From contig NC_057719.1 of NCBI RefSeq assembly GCF_004010195.1, positions 59,127,703-59,158,791 on the forward strand: a stretch of DNA of 31,089 nt, read 5' to 3'. A program made the position numbers and the translations under genes. Positions 1 through 12,185 of this stretch are shown here, one piece after another; the stretch's first letter is position 1, and every line of letters begins with the position of its first letter. Below the pieces are notes generated by a model. The model ran no database searches and was not told the DNA's origin. It saw nothing but the letters and a program-made list of their open reading frames with translations. This stretch comes from Chiloscyllium plagiosum (Eukaryota).

Positions 1-29
1 TGATTTGATTTATTGTTGTACCTAAAATG

Positions 30-787
30 ATTGTGGTTGTTCTGGCCTAAGACATCTCTGCAGGAGTTCCTCAGGGTAATGTCTTAGGCCCAACCATCTT
101 CAACTGCTTCATCAATGACCTTCCCTTATTCATAAGGTCAGAAGTGGGGATGTTTGCTGATGATTTCACAATGTTCAGCACCATTTGCATCTTCTGAGAT
201 ATTGAAGCAGTTCACGTTCAAATGCAACAAGATATGGACAATATCCAAGCTGGGGCTAACAAGTGGCAGGCAATGACCATCTCCAATCAGAATCAATTTA
301 ACCATAGTCTCTTAACATTCAATGGTATTACTATCTCTGAATGCCACACTACGAACATCCCTTGGGTTACCATTTATCAGAAACACAGCTACATAAACAC
401 AGTGTCTCCAAGAGCAGGCCAGAGGCTAGGAGTATTGTGGTAATTCAACTTCTGTCTCCCCAAAACCTGTCCACTTTCAACAAAGAGTGTGATGGAATAC
501 TTCCCACTTGCCTGGATAGATGCAGCACTAACAATACTCAAGAAACTTGACATCATCTAGGATAAAGCAGTCTATTTGATTGGCACCTCATGCACAAACA
601 TCCACTCCATTCACCACCATTGCTCAGTAGCAGTAGTGTGTACTACCTACAAGATGCAATGCAGAAATACATCAAAAATCCTTAGACAGCACTTTTTCCA
701 AACCCACGACCTTCTCAAGGGCAACTATGGATGCACAATAAATGTTAGCAAGCAATGCCTACGTTCCATGAATGACTAGCAAAAAAT
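30..787 (+). mobile_element. Decayed LINE 3' fragment (CR1/L2-group reverse transcriptase C-terminus plus 3' tail)
   Basis: Translation from ~56 gives SAGVPQGNVLGPTIFNCFINDLP..SEVGMFADDF (RT motifs PQG and FADD), then WQAMTISN..LTFNGITI. It ends in gggcaactatggatgcacaataaatg..catgaatga plus an A-run. Frameshifted. Confidence 0.85.
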
Positions 788-899
788 AATTGTGGATATT
801 TTTAGGAATTGCGTTGCTTAGGGGCTAAAAAGGAAATTAACACATGGAGGCAAGGATATGTTGAATTGATCTTACCCAGGCTTTGGTCACAGAGAAGGA

Positions 900-1530
900 A
901 GTTCCGACTCTAAAATGCTTCAAAATTGATAAGGAGAATTAAAATTGATAAGATACCAGGATTGGATGAGTGGCAACCAAGAATATTAAAGCTGGTGACA
1001 ATGGAAATTGAGAGGCACTGGTCATAATCCTTCCTGATGGCTGGTCCAAACTGACTGAGGATTTGCAAGCATTGTACTCTTGTTCAAAAATGGTTGTAAG
1101 AATAAGAACTGCAATTGAAGACTTCCATTGTAATGAAACCTCTCGTAAAAATATTTCAGAACAGGATTAATGGTCACAATTTCAAAGTTTGCAGATGATA
1201 AAACTACGAAAAAGTCAGTCTAAAATTTCAAAATGACACTGACAGGTCAGTGGAGGATGTAGATAAATGGCAAATAAGGTTCAACGCAGAGAAAAGTGAA
1301 GTGATTGATTTTATTAGAAATAACGTGAAGAAACTATGAACTAATGGATACTATTCTAAGGATGTGCAGGAGCAGAAAGACCTGGGTTTATATGTCTATT
1401 AGCTGTTAAAGATGCAGGACAGTTGGAGAGTGCAGTTAATAGAACACGCAGTACCCCAGGCTCTGTTAATTGGGTCATTGAGTATATGTGAAGGAAGGTT
1501 ATGTCAAACGTCAGCTGGAATATTGTGTGT
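900..1530 (+). mobile_element. Old, heavily deleted CR1 LINE ORF2 remnant
   Basis: Scattered CR1 motifs in order: PG..PRILK (~956), ISKFADD.KL (~1178), WQIRFNAEK.EVI (~1268), QEQKDLG (~1367), LEYCV (~1515). Confidence 0.75.
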
Positions 1531-1532
1531 AA

Positions 1533-1578
1533 GGGGAGGCAATGGCCTAGTGGGATTATGGCCAGACGATTAATCCAC
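1533..1578 (+). mobile_element. 5' head of a tRNA-derived SINE, split by the CR1 insertion (continues at ~4045-4125)
   Basis: ggggaggcaatggcctagtgggattatggccagacgattaatcca carries an A-box-like TGGCCTAGTGG and matches the head of the minus-strand SINE at 14290-14627. Confidence 0.75.
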
Positions 1579-3448
1579 ATGGGGGAAAGACAGTAACAAT
1601 GCAATTAGTCAAGATTTAGGATGCATAGGATGGGGAAGGAAACTGCAGGGGATGGATACACTTGAAATTTGGAGCTTATTGAAGAAACAGCAGGTCCTTG
1701 ATAAGTATATAAGGGAGGTAGTTGTCGAGAGAGGGAGCCATGGTTTATTAAAGAAGTTGAAGCTCTTGTCAAGACGAAGAAGAAGGCTTATATGAGGATG
1801 AGGCATAAAGGCTCAGGAGGCTTGGAGAGTTATAAATTAGCCAGAAAAGATCTAAAGAGAGGGCTAAGAAGAGCCAGGAGGGGACATGAGAATTTGTTGG
1901 CGAATAGGATCAAGGGAAACCCTAAGGCCTTCTATAGGATTATCAGGAATAAAAGAATGACGAGTAAGATTAGGGCCAATCATAGTGGAAAGTTGTGTGT
2001 GGAATCTGAGGACATAGGGGAAGTGCTTAATGAATACTTTTCATCAGTATTCACATTGGAAAAGGGCAACGTTTGTGAGAATACAGAGATACAGGCTACA
2101 AGATTAGATGGGATTGAGTTTGACAATGAGGAGGTTTTAGCAATTTTGGAAGACCTGAAAATAGATAAGACCCCTTGGCCAGATAGGATTTATCCTCGTA
2201 TTCTCTGGGTAGCCAGGGAGGAGATTGCAGAACCATTGGCTTTGATCTTTATGTCATCATTGTCAACAGGAGTAGTGCCAGAAGATCGGAGGATAGCAAA
2301 TGTTGTTCCCTTGTTTAAGAAGGGGAATCGAGATAACCCTGGTAATTATAGGCCAGTGAGCCTTACTTGTGGGTAAGGTGTTGGAAAAGGTAATAAGAGA
2401 TAGGATTTATAATCATCTGGAAAGGAATAATTTGATTAGAGACAGTCAACATGGTTTTGTGAAGGGTAGGTCATGCCTAACTAATCTTGTTGAGTTCTTC
2501 GTGAAGGTGACAAAACAGGTGGATGAAGGTAAAGCAGTTGATGTGGTGTATATGGACTTCAGTAAGGTGTTTTATAAGGTTCCACATGGTAGGCTATTGC
2601 ACAAAATATGGAGTTTCGGGATTGAAGGTGATTTAGCAAATTGGATCAGAAATTGGCCAGTGCAAAGAAGATAGAGGGTGGTGATTGATGGGAAATATTC
2701 ATCCTGGAGCTCAGTTACCAGTGGTGTGCCGCAAGGATCTGTTTTGGGGCCACTGCTGTTTGTCAATTTTATAAATGACCTGGATGTGGGTGTAGAAGGA
2801 TAGGTTGATAAATTTGCAGATGAAAGTAAGGTAGGCAGAGTTGTAAACAGTGCCAAAGGATACTGAGGGTTACAGAGGGACATAGAAAAGCTGCAGAGCT
2901 GGGCGGAGAAGTGGCAAATGGAATTTAAGACAGAAAAGTGTGAGTTAGTTCACTTTGGGAGAAATAACAGGATTGCAGAGTACTGGGCTAATGGTAAAAT
3001 TCTTGGCAGTGTGGATGAACAGAGAGATCTTGGCGTCCAGGTGCATAAATCCTTGAAAGTTGCCACCCAAGTTGATAGGGATGTTAAGAAAGCATATGGT
3101 GAGTTGATGTTTATTGGTGTGGGAATTGAGTTTCAGAGCTACAAAGTCATACTTCAACTGTACAAGACACTGGCAAGGTTGCACCTAGAGTATTGCATAC
3201 AGTTCTGGTCACCGCATTATAGGAAGAATGTGGAAGCTTTGAAAAGGATTCAGAGGAGATTTATTAGGATGTTGCCTGGTATGGAAGGAAGGTCTTATGA
3301 GGAAAGGCTGAGGGAACTGAGGCTGTTTTCGTTGGAGAGAAGAAGGTTGAGATGTGACTTAATTGCGACGTATAAGATAACCAGTGGTTTAGATGGGGGG
3401 ACAGTGAGAGCCTTTTTCCTCGGATGGTGATGGCTAAACTGAGGGGCA

Positions 3449-3577
3449 AAAGTGAGGACTGCAGGTGCTGAAAATCAGAGTCTAGATTAGAGTGGTGCTG
3501 GAAAAGCACAACAGGTAAGGCAGCATCTGAGGAGCAGGACAATTGATGTTTCGGGCAAAAGCCCTTCATCAGGAATG
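3449..3577 (-). mobile_element. Penelope-like pLTR fragment inserted in the CR1
   Basis: Interrupts the CR1 R.RGH/SFKL motif. Minus strand reads attcctgatgaagggcttttgcccgaaac..gatgctgcc..ttttccagcaccactctaatctagactctg, the same module as at 6.4, 11.4, 17.2, 17.6 and 22.4 kb. Confidence 0.9.
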
Positions 3578-3842
3578 CCTAGCTTTAAATTGTGGGGTGA
3601 TAGATTTAAGACAGATATCAGGGGTAGTTTCTTCACTCAGAGAGTAGTAGGGGCGTGGAACGGTTTGACTGCAACAGTAGTAGATTCGCTGAAGTTAAGG
3701 GCATTTAAATGGGTGTTGGATGTACATATGGATAATAATGGAATGGTGTAGGTTAGATGGGCATCATATTAATTTCACAGGTTGGCACAACATTTTGGGA
3801 TAGTGTAGGGGGACGAGCTGAGAATAGTTCACAGGTCGGCGC

Positions 3843-4044
3843 AACATCGAGGGCCGAAGGGCCTGTTCTGCGCTGTATTGTTCTATGTTCTATGTTCTAA
3901 CATTGAGGGCTGAAGGGCCTGTTCTGCGCTGTATTGTTCTATGTTCTAACATTGAGGGCCAAAGGGCCTGTTCTGCACTGTATTGTTCTATGTTCTAACA
4001 TCGAGGGCCAAAGGGCCTGTACTGTGCTGTAATTTTCTATGTTC
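3843..4044 (+). repeat. Four tandem copies (~49 bp) of the CR1 3' terminal stem-loop plus microsatellite
   Basis: Units aacat(c/t)gagggc..aagggcctg..gctgta..ttctatgttct start at 3843, 3899, 3948 and 3997. Confidence 0.95.
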
Positions 4045-4125
4045 AGACCCTGTTCTCCCATTCTGGTTGTAAAACCTGTCATGGAAGGTGGTGGAATTTG
4101 AATTCAATAAAATTCTGGAATTTCA
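4045..4125 (+). mobile_element. Continuation of the tRNA-derived SINE begun at 1533
   Basis: ..ggtggaatttgaattcaataaaattctggaatt matches the reverse complement of aattccagatatttattgaattcaaattccac at ~14508-14539. Confidence 0.75.
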
Positions 4126-4944
4126 GGGAGGGTTTCCGTCCATGAGCCCAAACAAATTTTCTTATGCTATCTTCTCAAAATTGCCTTCTCCCCAATTTGT
4201 CATGCTTCTATAGTGTCGCTTGACATTGTGTTTTCCCATTCCCTGCAAGTGGAGGCATTGACTCCTGACTCTCAAGACACTTGGCACTGGCACCATCCTT
4301 AAAGCCTCAGTGTGCACCCAGTCAAACACTGATAGTCTACATCTGCTGTGCAAGGTTCCTGTTATTTGCTCCAGGCATGTTATATGAAGGGAAATTGTCA
4401 CTCTGTTTTGTCAGTGAGGATCTGAAGGTCCTGCTGGATGATGGATGTGTGCAGTCGCTGCCGATAGAGTGGGTCCTGAGATGTTGGTAACAGATGGAGG
4501 TTCAGAGAAGTGGTGAACTGATGTAGCCAGATACCTGCTCTGAGGATCATGTGAGGAATTTTCACCATTTAGTTTCTGTCCAATCTGTGGGAGAATGGGA
4601 AACTGCACATCAACGAAACAAAAAGGCATTGCAATTGTTGTGTATTATAGAAGGTGCACATTGTGTTGGGAGAAATTGATCAGATTTGTGGATTTCAATT
4701 TGTGCATTATAAATCAGAGACCAGGTTATTAAAGCTGTTCTGAGCTCAGCCTGGATCATGGAAGAATAATAATGGAAGCATTTTATTTAACTTTGCTATT
4801 TTTGGAGGAACAAGCATGAATTGAAGATGCATTTGAAATAGTTCCTCTTCACACTTGTACTAATTTTACTGTGATTTTCTCAACTCGCATAACAAAGAAA
4901 TCTAGAGCCACATCGAATAAATTAAAGATACCAAAATAAAAAGG

Positions 4945-5375
4945 AAGCTCAGCACAGCCAGGACGAGCAGCTTCTCATCTTTCAAATCGGCACCTATCAG
5001 TTATCGGGATTTAACGCAAACCACCCTGTCCCTCATTTTATTTCCTTTCTTTTTCACATCCTTTGCATTTTTGCTTCCAGACTATTTATCAATCTGCCAT
5101 TCAGATTAGAAAATATCATTAAAAAATCCTTCGGACATATTGTTTGTTCATTACTTGCCCCATTACCATTCCCTTTGGCCATGGTCCAAAACCTCTTTTA
5201 TCATTTGATCCTTTATTTCCACCTTATCATGGACTTTTCCTTTGTTTGTTTTCCACACTCTCCTATTTCACTTATTTAAAACCTATGATCTTTCTAACCA
5301 TTTTAAATTCAGCATATTTCCAAAATTTGTTTGTTTTATTTCAGATTTCTAGTATCCCCAGCATTTTCTTTAGTA
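4945..5375 (+). mobile_element. Old Penelope-like element 3' end
   Basis: EQLLIFQIGTYQLSGFN at ~4965 resembles the PLE GIY-YIG C-terminus (EEE.LIF.LGTLQP.G.N in other copies here). A pyrimidine-rich 3' region and degenerate pLTR end (ttttatttcagatttctagtatc) follow. Confidence 0.65.
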
Positions 5376-6060
5376 TTTGATTTTACAGTTTTGACTTTGC
5401 ATGAACTTTAAGCTTGAACATTGTTATTGCTAAATAGTTAGCAGCTTCTGTATGAGCACAAACATATACAGAAAGAAATACACTATGACTATGTCTATAT
5501 AGCAATGTCTATGACATTCACATTCAGAATTGTACATCCTGTTTACTTTTTCTGTTCTTTCCTGCTTCCCCAAGGGCCTCTTCTGATATTACTTGAAAAT
5601 AGATAAAATCCTCAAGCACGACCTCCAAATACGCCTCTCTTGATAAAAGCTCCTAATTAATTTGAAACAGACATTAATACAATAGTAAACACTTTTTCAG
5701 GAAACTTCTGTGTCTCTGTGGAATTGCAGGAAGTAGGTAATGTCTGCAGGAATCTTGTTTCAGTGTCTTTTCTTTGCAATGCTATTATGATAAACAAACG
5801 TACAACTCAGACCGAAGGGTGCAGGCATCATGCTTTAAGGTATTGTCAAACCATCAGTTTAGTTTAAAGAGATATTGACCAGTAAGTTTTCTTTTATCTT
5901 AATAACTAAATCTAAATGTCATGCTATACAAAGCTGCAAATGAAAAACAGTAATGATGCAAAGAACTATAGATGATAACGTTGCGTGGGGTTTACCCAAG
6001 AATATTACACTGCAGAGGATCAGGAGAAATGGAGACCCTACCACAGGTCGTCAGCATCCC

Positions 6061-6170
6061 CTAACGGAGCAGTTTGGATGAGAATCCCAGGACAGACAGC
6101 ACCAGATAAAAGAGAAGATAAGAAAAGGACCCTAAGATTGGAGTTGATTGGCACCAGTTATTGCGTGTTG
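6061..6170 (-). CDS. Candidate terminal coding exon (hydrophobic C-terminus, GPI-signal- or tail-anchor-like) of an unidentified gene
   Basis: Acceptor ctcttttctctgttgcaaag. Phase-1 frame gives TRNNWCQSTPILGSFSYLLFYLVLSVLGFSSKLLR*. Phase-compatible with 9359-9431. No homology recognised. Confidence 0.27.
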
Positions 6171-6358
6171 CTTTGCAACAGAGAAAAGAGCCAATTGTTT
6201 GGTGAGTATCTTTTCTTAAGTTTTACAAACATATGGAAAGCAACATAGATAAATATTAATATGAACAATGGCTGAATTTCAAAGGTCCAGAATCGCTTAT
6301 GTAAGGCTAATTTCACATTTTAATTTAAAACTTTAGGAGGATGTTACAAGATTATCTA

Positions 6359-6652
6359 GGCAGAAGTGAGGACTGCAAATGCTGGAAACGAGAGTTTAGA
6401 TTACAGTGGTGCTGGAAAAACACAGCAGGTCAGGCGGCACCCGAGGAGCAGGAAAATCGACCTTTCGGGCAAGTAATAGGTCAGAGGGGAGGGTGGAGCG
6501 GATAGGTGGGAAGGGAGATTGGCAGGTAGGACAGGTCATTCAGATGGTGCTGAGCTGGAAGATTGGAACTGGGTTAAGGTGGGCGGAGGGGAAATGAGAA
6601 AACTGGTGAAGTCCACATTGATGCCCTGGGGTTGAAGTGTTCCAAGGCGGAA
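6359..6652 (-). mobile_element. Internally deleted Penelope-like element 3' end with 16-bp TSD
   Basis: Minus strand encodes FRLGTLQPQGINVDFT, followed by a pLTR. Flanked by gttacaagattatcta at 6343-6358 and 6653-6668. Confidence 0.92.
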
Positions 6653-7329
6653 GTTACAAGATTATCTATCCACCAAATTTTGAATGGGTAAGCACTGATT
6701 TGTTTGGACATCAGATTTATGATGAGGGAATTTACATTCTTGAATAGTATTTGTAAAGGAAAATTCTTTTTCAGTTTGAAGTGTTGTTAATTCTTACAGA
6801 GGATGTTTTACAAAAAGTCCTTAGAAGATTTTGGGTGGGTGGCTATGAGGATACAGTGGAGGTATGGAGGGGATATTTGAGTATGAGGGAGCAAAATGGG
6901 CACATAAGGTGGCATGAGTGATATGAGGGACATGATGTATGAGGGATTATAGGATGGGAGTTAGAGGTGGTGTAGATCAGAAAGGGGCATAGGTTAAGGG
7001 GCACAAAACTATGTTGGAGAGCTGAACTGATGCTTCAGACATTCGACAGGTTTCTAATGAGATCAATTTGGGCCTCACACTGCTTTGATGCTGCCTTGGA
7101 ACTCAGACAATCTGTACCCTGCACTCTCATATCTCTAGGAGATGATAGGAGATATGAACAGACGTTTTTGAATTCAGGAAATTGCCTGACTTCTTTTTTT
7201 CAAGCTCAACATGACAAATATGATGTGAAACAAAATACATTTCATATGGAATAATTGTCCAAATTTATGAGCAATTAGAAAGTTTGAGGTTTGTCAATTC
7301 TCTGAAATTATTGTCATTAGAAATGTACC

Positions 7330-7650
7330 ACAGTAGGTTGTTCTAAGTTTCAAATCAAAATTCAGAAGTTTGAGTTTTCAAGGCCCAGTAGGTATACTTA
7401 AATAAAAAAATTGAGGTTGACAGCCAGTGTTGTGCTGAGGGAGTACTGAACTGTTGGATGTGATGTCTTTTAGATCATACATTAAACCAAAACCCTGTCT
7501 GCCCTATCAAATAGATGCCAAAAAAATCCCATAGCATGGCAGAGGAGTCCCCACTCTCCCTGGCAATATCTCATCCCTCACCAAGCAAAACTAAACCAGA
7601 TTTTCTGATCATTATCACATTGATGTTTGTGAAAGATTTGTTAGATTTGC
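7330..7650 (+). mobile_element. Degenerate Deu-domain SINE (SacSINE1/AmnSINE1-like)
   Basis: gctgagggagtactgaactgttggatgtgatgtcttttagat..ttaaaccaaaaccctgtctgccc..aatcccatagca..ccagattttctgatcattatcacattgatgtttgtg follows the Deu-domain consensus as I recall it. A second copy is on the minus strand at 21.3-21.7 kb. Confidence 0.8.
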
Positions 7651-8283
7651 CTAATTCAAACAATGATCCAACAAGCCCCTCTATAGATGTGGTGGGTAAG
7701 GTGCTGAGAAGGGGAAGGATGTCTCCCTGATGCTTACTGACTTGATTATTTTCTCTTATCATCATCTCAGGAATCAATTTCTGTGCAGGAAAGCCCTTGG
7801 TCAAAACTAAGGCTCTTATGTGCTGAAGTAATGACCAATTAGGGGTCTTGGCTTACCACCAGAACAATTAACTTTGCTCCCAGCAGGAGACATAAGTGAA
7901 AACATTCCCAACTACCACAACAGCATAGTCTATCCATGAGGTTGGGCTGTGGCTCATTGTGGGGAGGGGTGTTTGGAGGGATGGCCAATGACAGCTGCTG
8001 CTCTGCCCTTACCACAAATCCCATCAGCACCACTTTCCTGTAGCTAGACTCACCCCCCTCCCCATAATCCTCCAAAAACTCTCCATCACCAGCATTGCAA
8101 CAGCACCCTAACACAACAGGATACCCTGGAAAGCCCCCTGACTTCCATTCCACTGACCGTGGGTATGACTGTGGCCCATGCCCCTGACTGACTTCAAATA
8201 TCATTCCTGACCAATGATTGAGTCCTGTCTGATTGATGTGCAGCTTCCTAACAGGTTTTGTGACAAAGTCAGGCTGTTTCTCC

Positions 8284-8634
8284 AGGATGTTAGCAGTCCT
8301 TAGTCAAAGAGGTGTGCAAATCTCCTGTATGTTTGCACTGGACCTGCAGAATGGAGTGAAGCGGATCCCCTGACTGTATCTGCCCCAAGTAGATTCCAAA
8401 CTCCTAAACCAAGATTGGATGATACTCTTAACTGAATATACCAGGACTCCCTGACTGACTGCAGCCTCCCTGAATTGACTGTGGGCTACTCCTCTTATAA
8501 TATGACCATTTGGTTGATGCATATGCAGTGTATTTGCAGAATAAGCTGCTGGCATGTGCTGCATAGAGATTAACAATAGCACAATGCCATACTCTAACAT
8601 GCCCACCTCTTTGACTAAAGACTACTGACATCCT
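8284..8634. mobile_element. Candidate MITE bounded by 35-bp terminal inverted repeats
   Basis: 8284-8318 aggatgttagcagtccttagtcaaagaggtgtgca versus the reverse complement of 8600-8634 aggatgtcagtagtctttagtcaaagaggtgggca (4 mismatches). No clear TSD. Confidence 0.7.
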
Positions 8635-9358
8635 AGGGAAGCTGCCTGACTTTGTGTGTGCACTAGGCAGCTAGGCAATACTGAAGTACTTTGAGTTTGA
8701 GCTCTGGCGAAGGGAGCAAAACACCAAAAGGTAAGGTGTGAGCATTGAATTAAGTGCAAAGTGAGTGAGCACTAAGACAGCAAATGAGTGAGCAGCCCTG
8801 AAATGCAGTCTTGTCCAACGCACAAAATGAGTATGTGTCACTGTGAGCTGAATGTTCTGGCAGAAGCATTCCAATGAGAGCTGGCAGTATTCTCTGTGAT
8901 GCAGTACTGAGGAACGTTGAACATTCTGTAAGTGCAATGGAGATGTGCCATGATAATGTGGTGAGACTGGTATGCTTCGGATGCCAAATCCAAGGGTGGA
9001 GATTGCATGCAGACACAGCCCATGGTGCATGCCCTGAGATGTTGGTGTCTCGTAGCCACAAATGAAGCCCAGCACAGCAAGTGGCGCGCTAGAGTTGCCA
9101 GGTAATAGTTCTGATTGTTGTATCAGGAAACATGATCTTCTAGTTTCTATTTGATCGTTGGGAGAAAGGGTAAGCACATGTTAATGAGGTATGATAAGGT
9201 AATAATGAGATGTTGATGCATGCAAGTTGGCCTCTCCCCACTCACTAATGAGAATCTCATCTCGCTGTTCGACACTTGGTTGGCAAATGGGCTGTTTTGT
9301 TTTCCACGTTGAGGAGCTCCTTGTTGGCCATCTGACAAATGTTTTCAAATTTTCTTAC

Positions 9359-9431
9359 CATTAGGCACATCATTCAGAGGCTCAGAAGATTCCACCCTTA
9401 ACATCATTTTATCACAATGTTCTAGGACTAT
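9359..9431 (-). CDS. Candidate internal exon (73 nt) of an unidentified minus-strand gene
   Basis: Acceptor tttatacattttaag, donor G|gtaaga. The only open frame is IVLEHCDKMMLRVESSEPLNDVPN, ending in phase 1. Confidence 0.27.
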
Positions 9432-11363
9432 CTTAAAATGTATAAATTTTCAATAGTGTTGATTACATTACTTGTCAGATATCAGTAAGAGTTTCCCTAC
9501 ATCCTACATAGCAACCAAACATTCACAGTGAAAGGGCCATCAGCATCTTCCATCAATAGTGCCAAGAGTGGAAGGATTGCTTACTGTCAGATAGATATTC
9601 TATCATGGCATTTACTAAAGAACAATCCTATGCAGAGAATGTTAGCAAAACATGTCATCGCTGAGTCCATTGATGACAATCTCAAAGTGCCAGTGTTTCT
9701 AATAGAAGAGATTTTCCTATTGTGAATTAGAACAAAGAGCTGGATGATGGTCATGGTCTTTGAACTATGTTAAATGAGAGTTGTAACTGCACGTTCTCAC
9801 AAACCTGACTATCCCATATCTGGTATCATTTCCACAGTTACAGGTTGGACAGATTAACTACCCCTTATTTCACCTGCCCCTAGAAGCAACCAAACCAATT
9901 ATGGAAAATGCAAATTGATAATAATAAAAATAAGAACGTAGAAATGCTGCAACTGCTAAATGATGCATCAGTGACTTTCAGTTAAGTTCGAAACAACCAA
10001 AAGAATTTTAATTCATGGAATTAACTTGGAACTTCAGAGGAAGAAAATAATCAGTGATGTGCATTCCACTTAACAAGATTTTGTAAAGAAGCAACAGTTG
10101 AGTTATTGCTTGGACAGAAAATGCACACAACGTGTAATGGCACAGGATAAAGCTGTCACAAATGAAATACTGAGGAATATAAATCCCAAATTAGCAGAGA
10201 TTGCCTTTCTCCATCAGTGACCTTTATCATGGTCTATTGTACATGAAACAAATTAAGGTGCCACAGAAGAGGACAGGTTAGTGTCACCTGTAACATGAAT
10301 AAGGCAAGAAGCAACCACAATAATCATATTAATTTAAGCTGTCACTGTTTATTTATAGATCAATTCCAAAGAAAATTGGCCCTAAAAATAAACACAAAGA
10401 GCTACAAAGGATCAATTTCAACAAACAACTAATGAAGCTCTGTGGAATATGATAATGAAGAAATGTGAAACAATTGCACCATTAAGTAACAGGAATAATA
10501 TTTCACTGATTTTTTTTCATTTTTCTTAAATCATGAAATCAAGATTTAAACAAAGAAGCTAGAATGTTCCATGTTTAGAATAGTTCATGCAGCATGTGCT
10601 CCCTCTTTATGTCTCCCCCTCAGCATCTATACAAATACATCTGCATTATACACAATAAAGTGAGGGCTGGGGTGGAGTTGTGGCTGTTAGCTTAAATGGC
10701 TAACGTGTAGTGGAGATGCTGCCAGACCGACTAGGTTTCTCCAGTTATTTCAGGTTTTGTTTAACCCATTGTTATCTGTCTGTTGTGCCTGAGGCTTGAT
10801 ATTGATTTCTAATCAATATCAAGAATAGCTAACACAATTCCTATATTTAAGAAGGCAAACTGAACATGCTCAAGGAATTATAGATTAGTTAGCTTAGTAT
10901 TGCAGGTACACAAAAGAAGGCAATCCTCATTAAAAGAGAATAACACGTAGAAATGAAAAATAGAATAAACAATCAACATGCAGGACAGAAGTATTGGGTC
11001 CTGGAAGGACGATTGAGATCAAGGCCTGAGTTTGTAAGGGGTCTGAGAGACGTGTAATTGGGAGTGTCCAGAACATATATTATCATTATAGAAGGTCACT
11101 TGGATCACAGTATCAGACAAAGTCAACATGGTTTTTTGAAAGGAAATCACATTTGACGAACTACTTTGAGTTTTCTGCTGGGGTAACATGTACTGTGAAT
11201 TAAGGGGTAACTATGGATGTAGTATACTTAGATTTCTATAAGGTATTTGATGAGGCATCACATCAAAGGCAATGATGGAAAATAAAAGCTTATGGTGTAT
11301 AGGGTAGCATATTGGCACAGATAGAAGACTAGATGGCTAATAGGAACAATAGTCATAAATGAG

Positions 11364-11805
11364 GAGAAAGTGAGGACTACAGATGCTGGAGATCAGAGTT
11401 GAGAGTGTGATGCTGGGAATGCGCAGCAGGTCAGGCAGCATCCAAGGAGCTGGAGAATCAATGTTTCTGGCAAAAAACCTTCATCAGGAATGAGACTTGT
11501 GAGCCAAGGGGATGCAGAGATAAATGGGAGGGGGAATGGGGCTGGGGGGAAGGTAGCTGAGAGTGCAATGGGTAGATGAAGGTAGGAGTTAGGTTGGGAG
11601 GGGGGGCGAAGCAGATAGGTGGGAGGGAAGATGGGTGCATAGAACAGGTCATAAAAGCAGTGCCGAGTTGGAAGGTTGGATCTGGGGTAAGATGAGGGAG
11701 GGGAAATAAGGAAACAGGTGGAATCCACATTGATGCTGTGTGATTGGAGGGTTCCAAGGCAGAAGATGAGGCGTTCTTCCTCCAGGCATCGTTTGGTTAG
11801 GGTTT
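11364..11805 (-). mobile_element. Penelope-like element 3' end (GIY-YIG C-terminus plus pLTR)
   Basis: ORF 11393-11881(-) contains LTKRCLEEERLIFCLGTLQSHSINVD. The pLTR has attcctgatgaagg..ccagaaac. Confidence 0.92.
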
Positions 11806-11842
11806 GAGTCTTTTTCAAGCTGGCAAGATGTAATATAATGTA

Positions 11843-12008
11843 AAAACAGGAAGAACTGCAGATGCTGTAAATCAGGAGCAAAAAAAGGTAAAGCTGGTAA
11901 AGCTCAGTAGGTTTGGCAGCAGCAACATTTCGGGTTGAGTAACCCTTCCTCAGAACTCTCAGATACTGCCAGACCTGCTAATGTTTTCCAACAATTTCTG
12001 TTTGTGTT
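11843..12008. mobile_element. Degenerate fold-back Penelope pLTR pair
   Basis: Minus-strand pLTR with gttctgaggaagggttactcaacccgaaatgttg, followed by plus-strand cagatactgccagacctgct..ttttccaacaatttctg. Confidence 0.75.
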
Positions 12009-12185
12009 TGTAATATCACGTAAAATGGTGTGCCACAGAAATGTGTTGAGACCTCAACTACTTAAAATTTACATAACCGACTTAGGTGAAAAGGCGGAAG
12101 GTATTATTGTCAAAATAGTTGACAAGACAAAGATAGATGGAAAAATAATTTGTGAAGAAAAAACATCAAGGCTACAAAAAGATAA

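Larger units (their letters stand above)
1579..4044 (+). mobile_element. 5'-truncated CR1 (HER1-like) LINE, ORF2 pseudogene with 3' tail
   Basis: ORFs 1792-2376, 2369-2674 and 2918-3430 carry CR1 ORF2 motifs ([66 protein letters not shown] for FADD, LEYCIQFWSPHY, LFSLERRRLR). Frameshifts and stops are present. It ends in the CR1 hairpin and (TTCTATG)n tail. Confidence 0.97.

Noticed and set aside
1792..3430. Functional reverse transcriptase gene
   Set aside because: 5'-truncated, with frameshifts, in-frame stops, FADD changed to FADE and a nested insertion.
4411..4629. Minus-strand ORF after acceptor ttctcccacag (IGQKLNGENSSHDPQ..)
   Set aside because: No homology or supporting partner exon; compatible with chance.
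5985..6248. Plus-strand ORF/exon with a strong G|GTGAGT donor at 6201
   Set aside because: Weak acceptor, no recognisable protein and no compatible plus-strand partner exons found. It overlaps the minus-strand candidate. Not fully excluded.
6835..7030. G-rich purine tract as a regulatory element
   Set aside because: Low-complexity, likely repeat-derived, with no specific motif support.
7800..9340. Harbinger-like transposon remnant and its ORFs (7839-8204, 8671-9177)
   Set aside because: Composition is suggestive of a decayed DNA transposon, but I could not find transposase motifs or matching termini.
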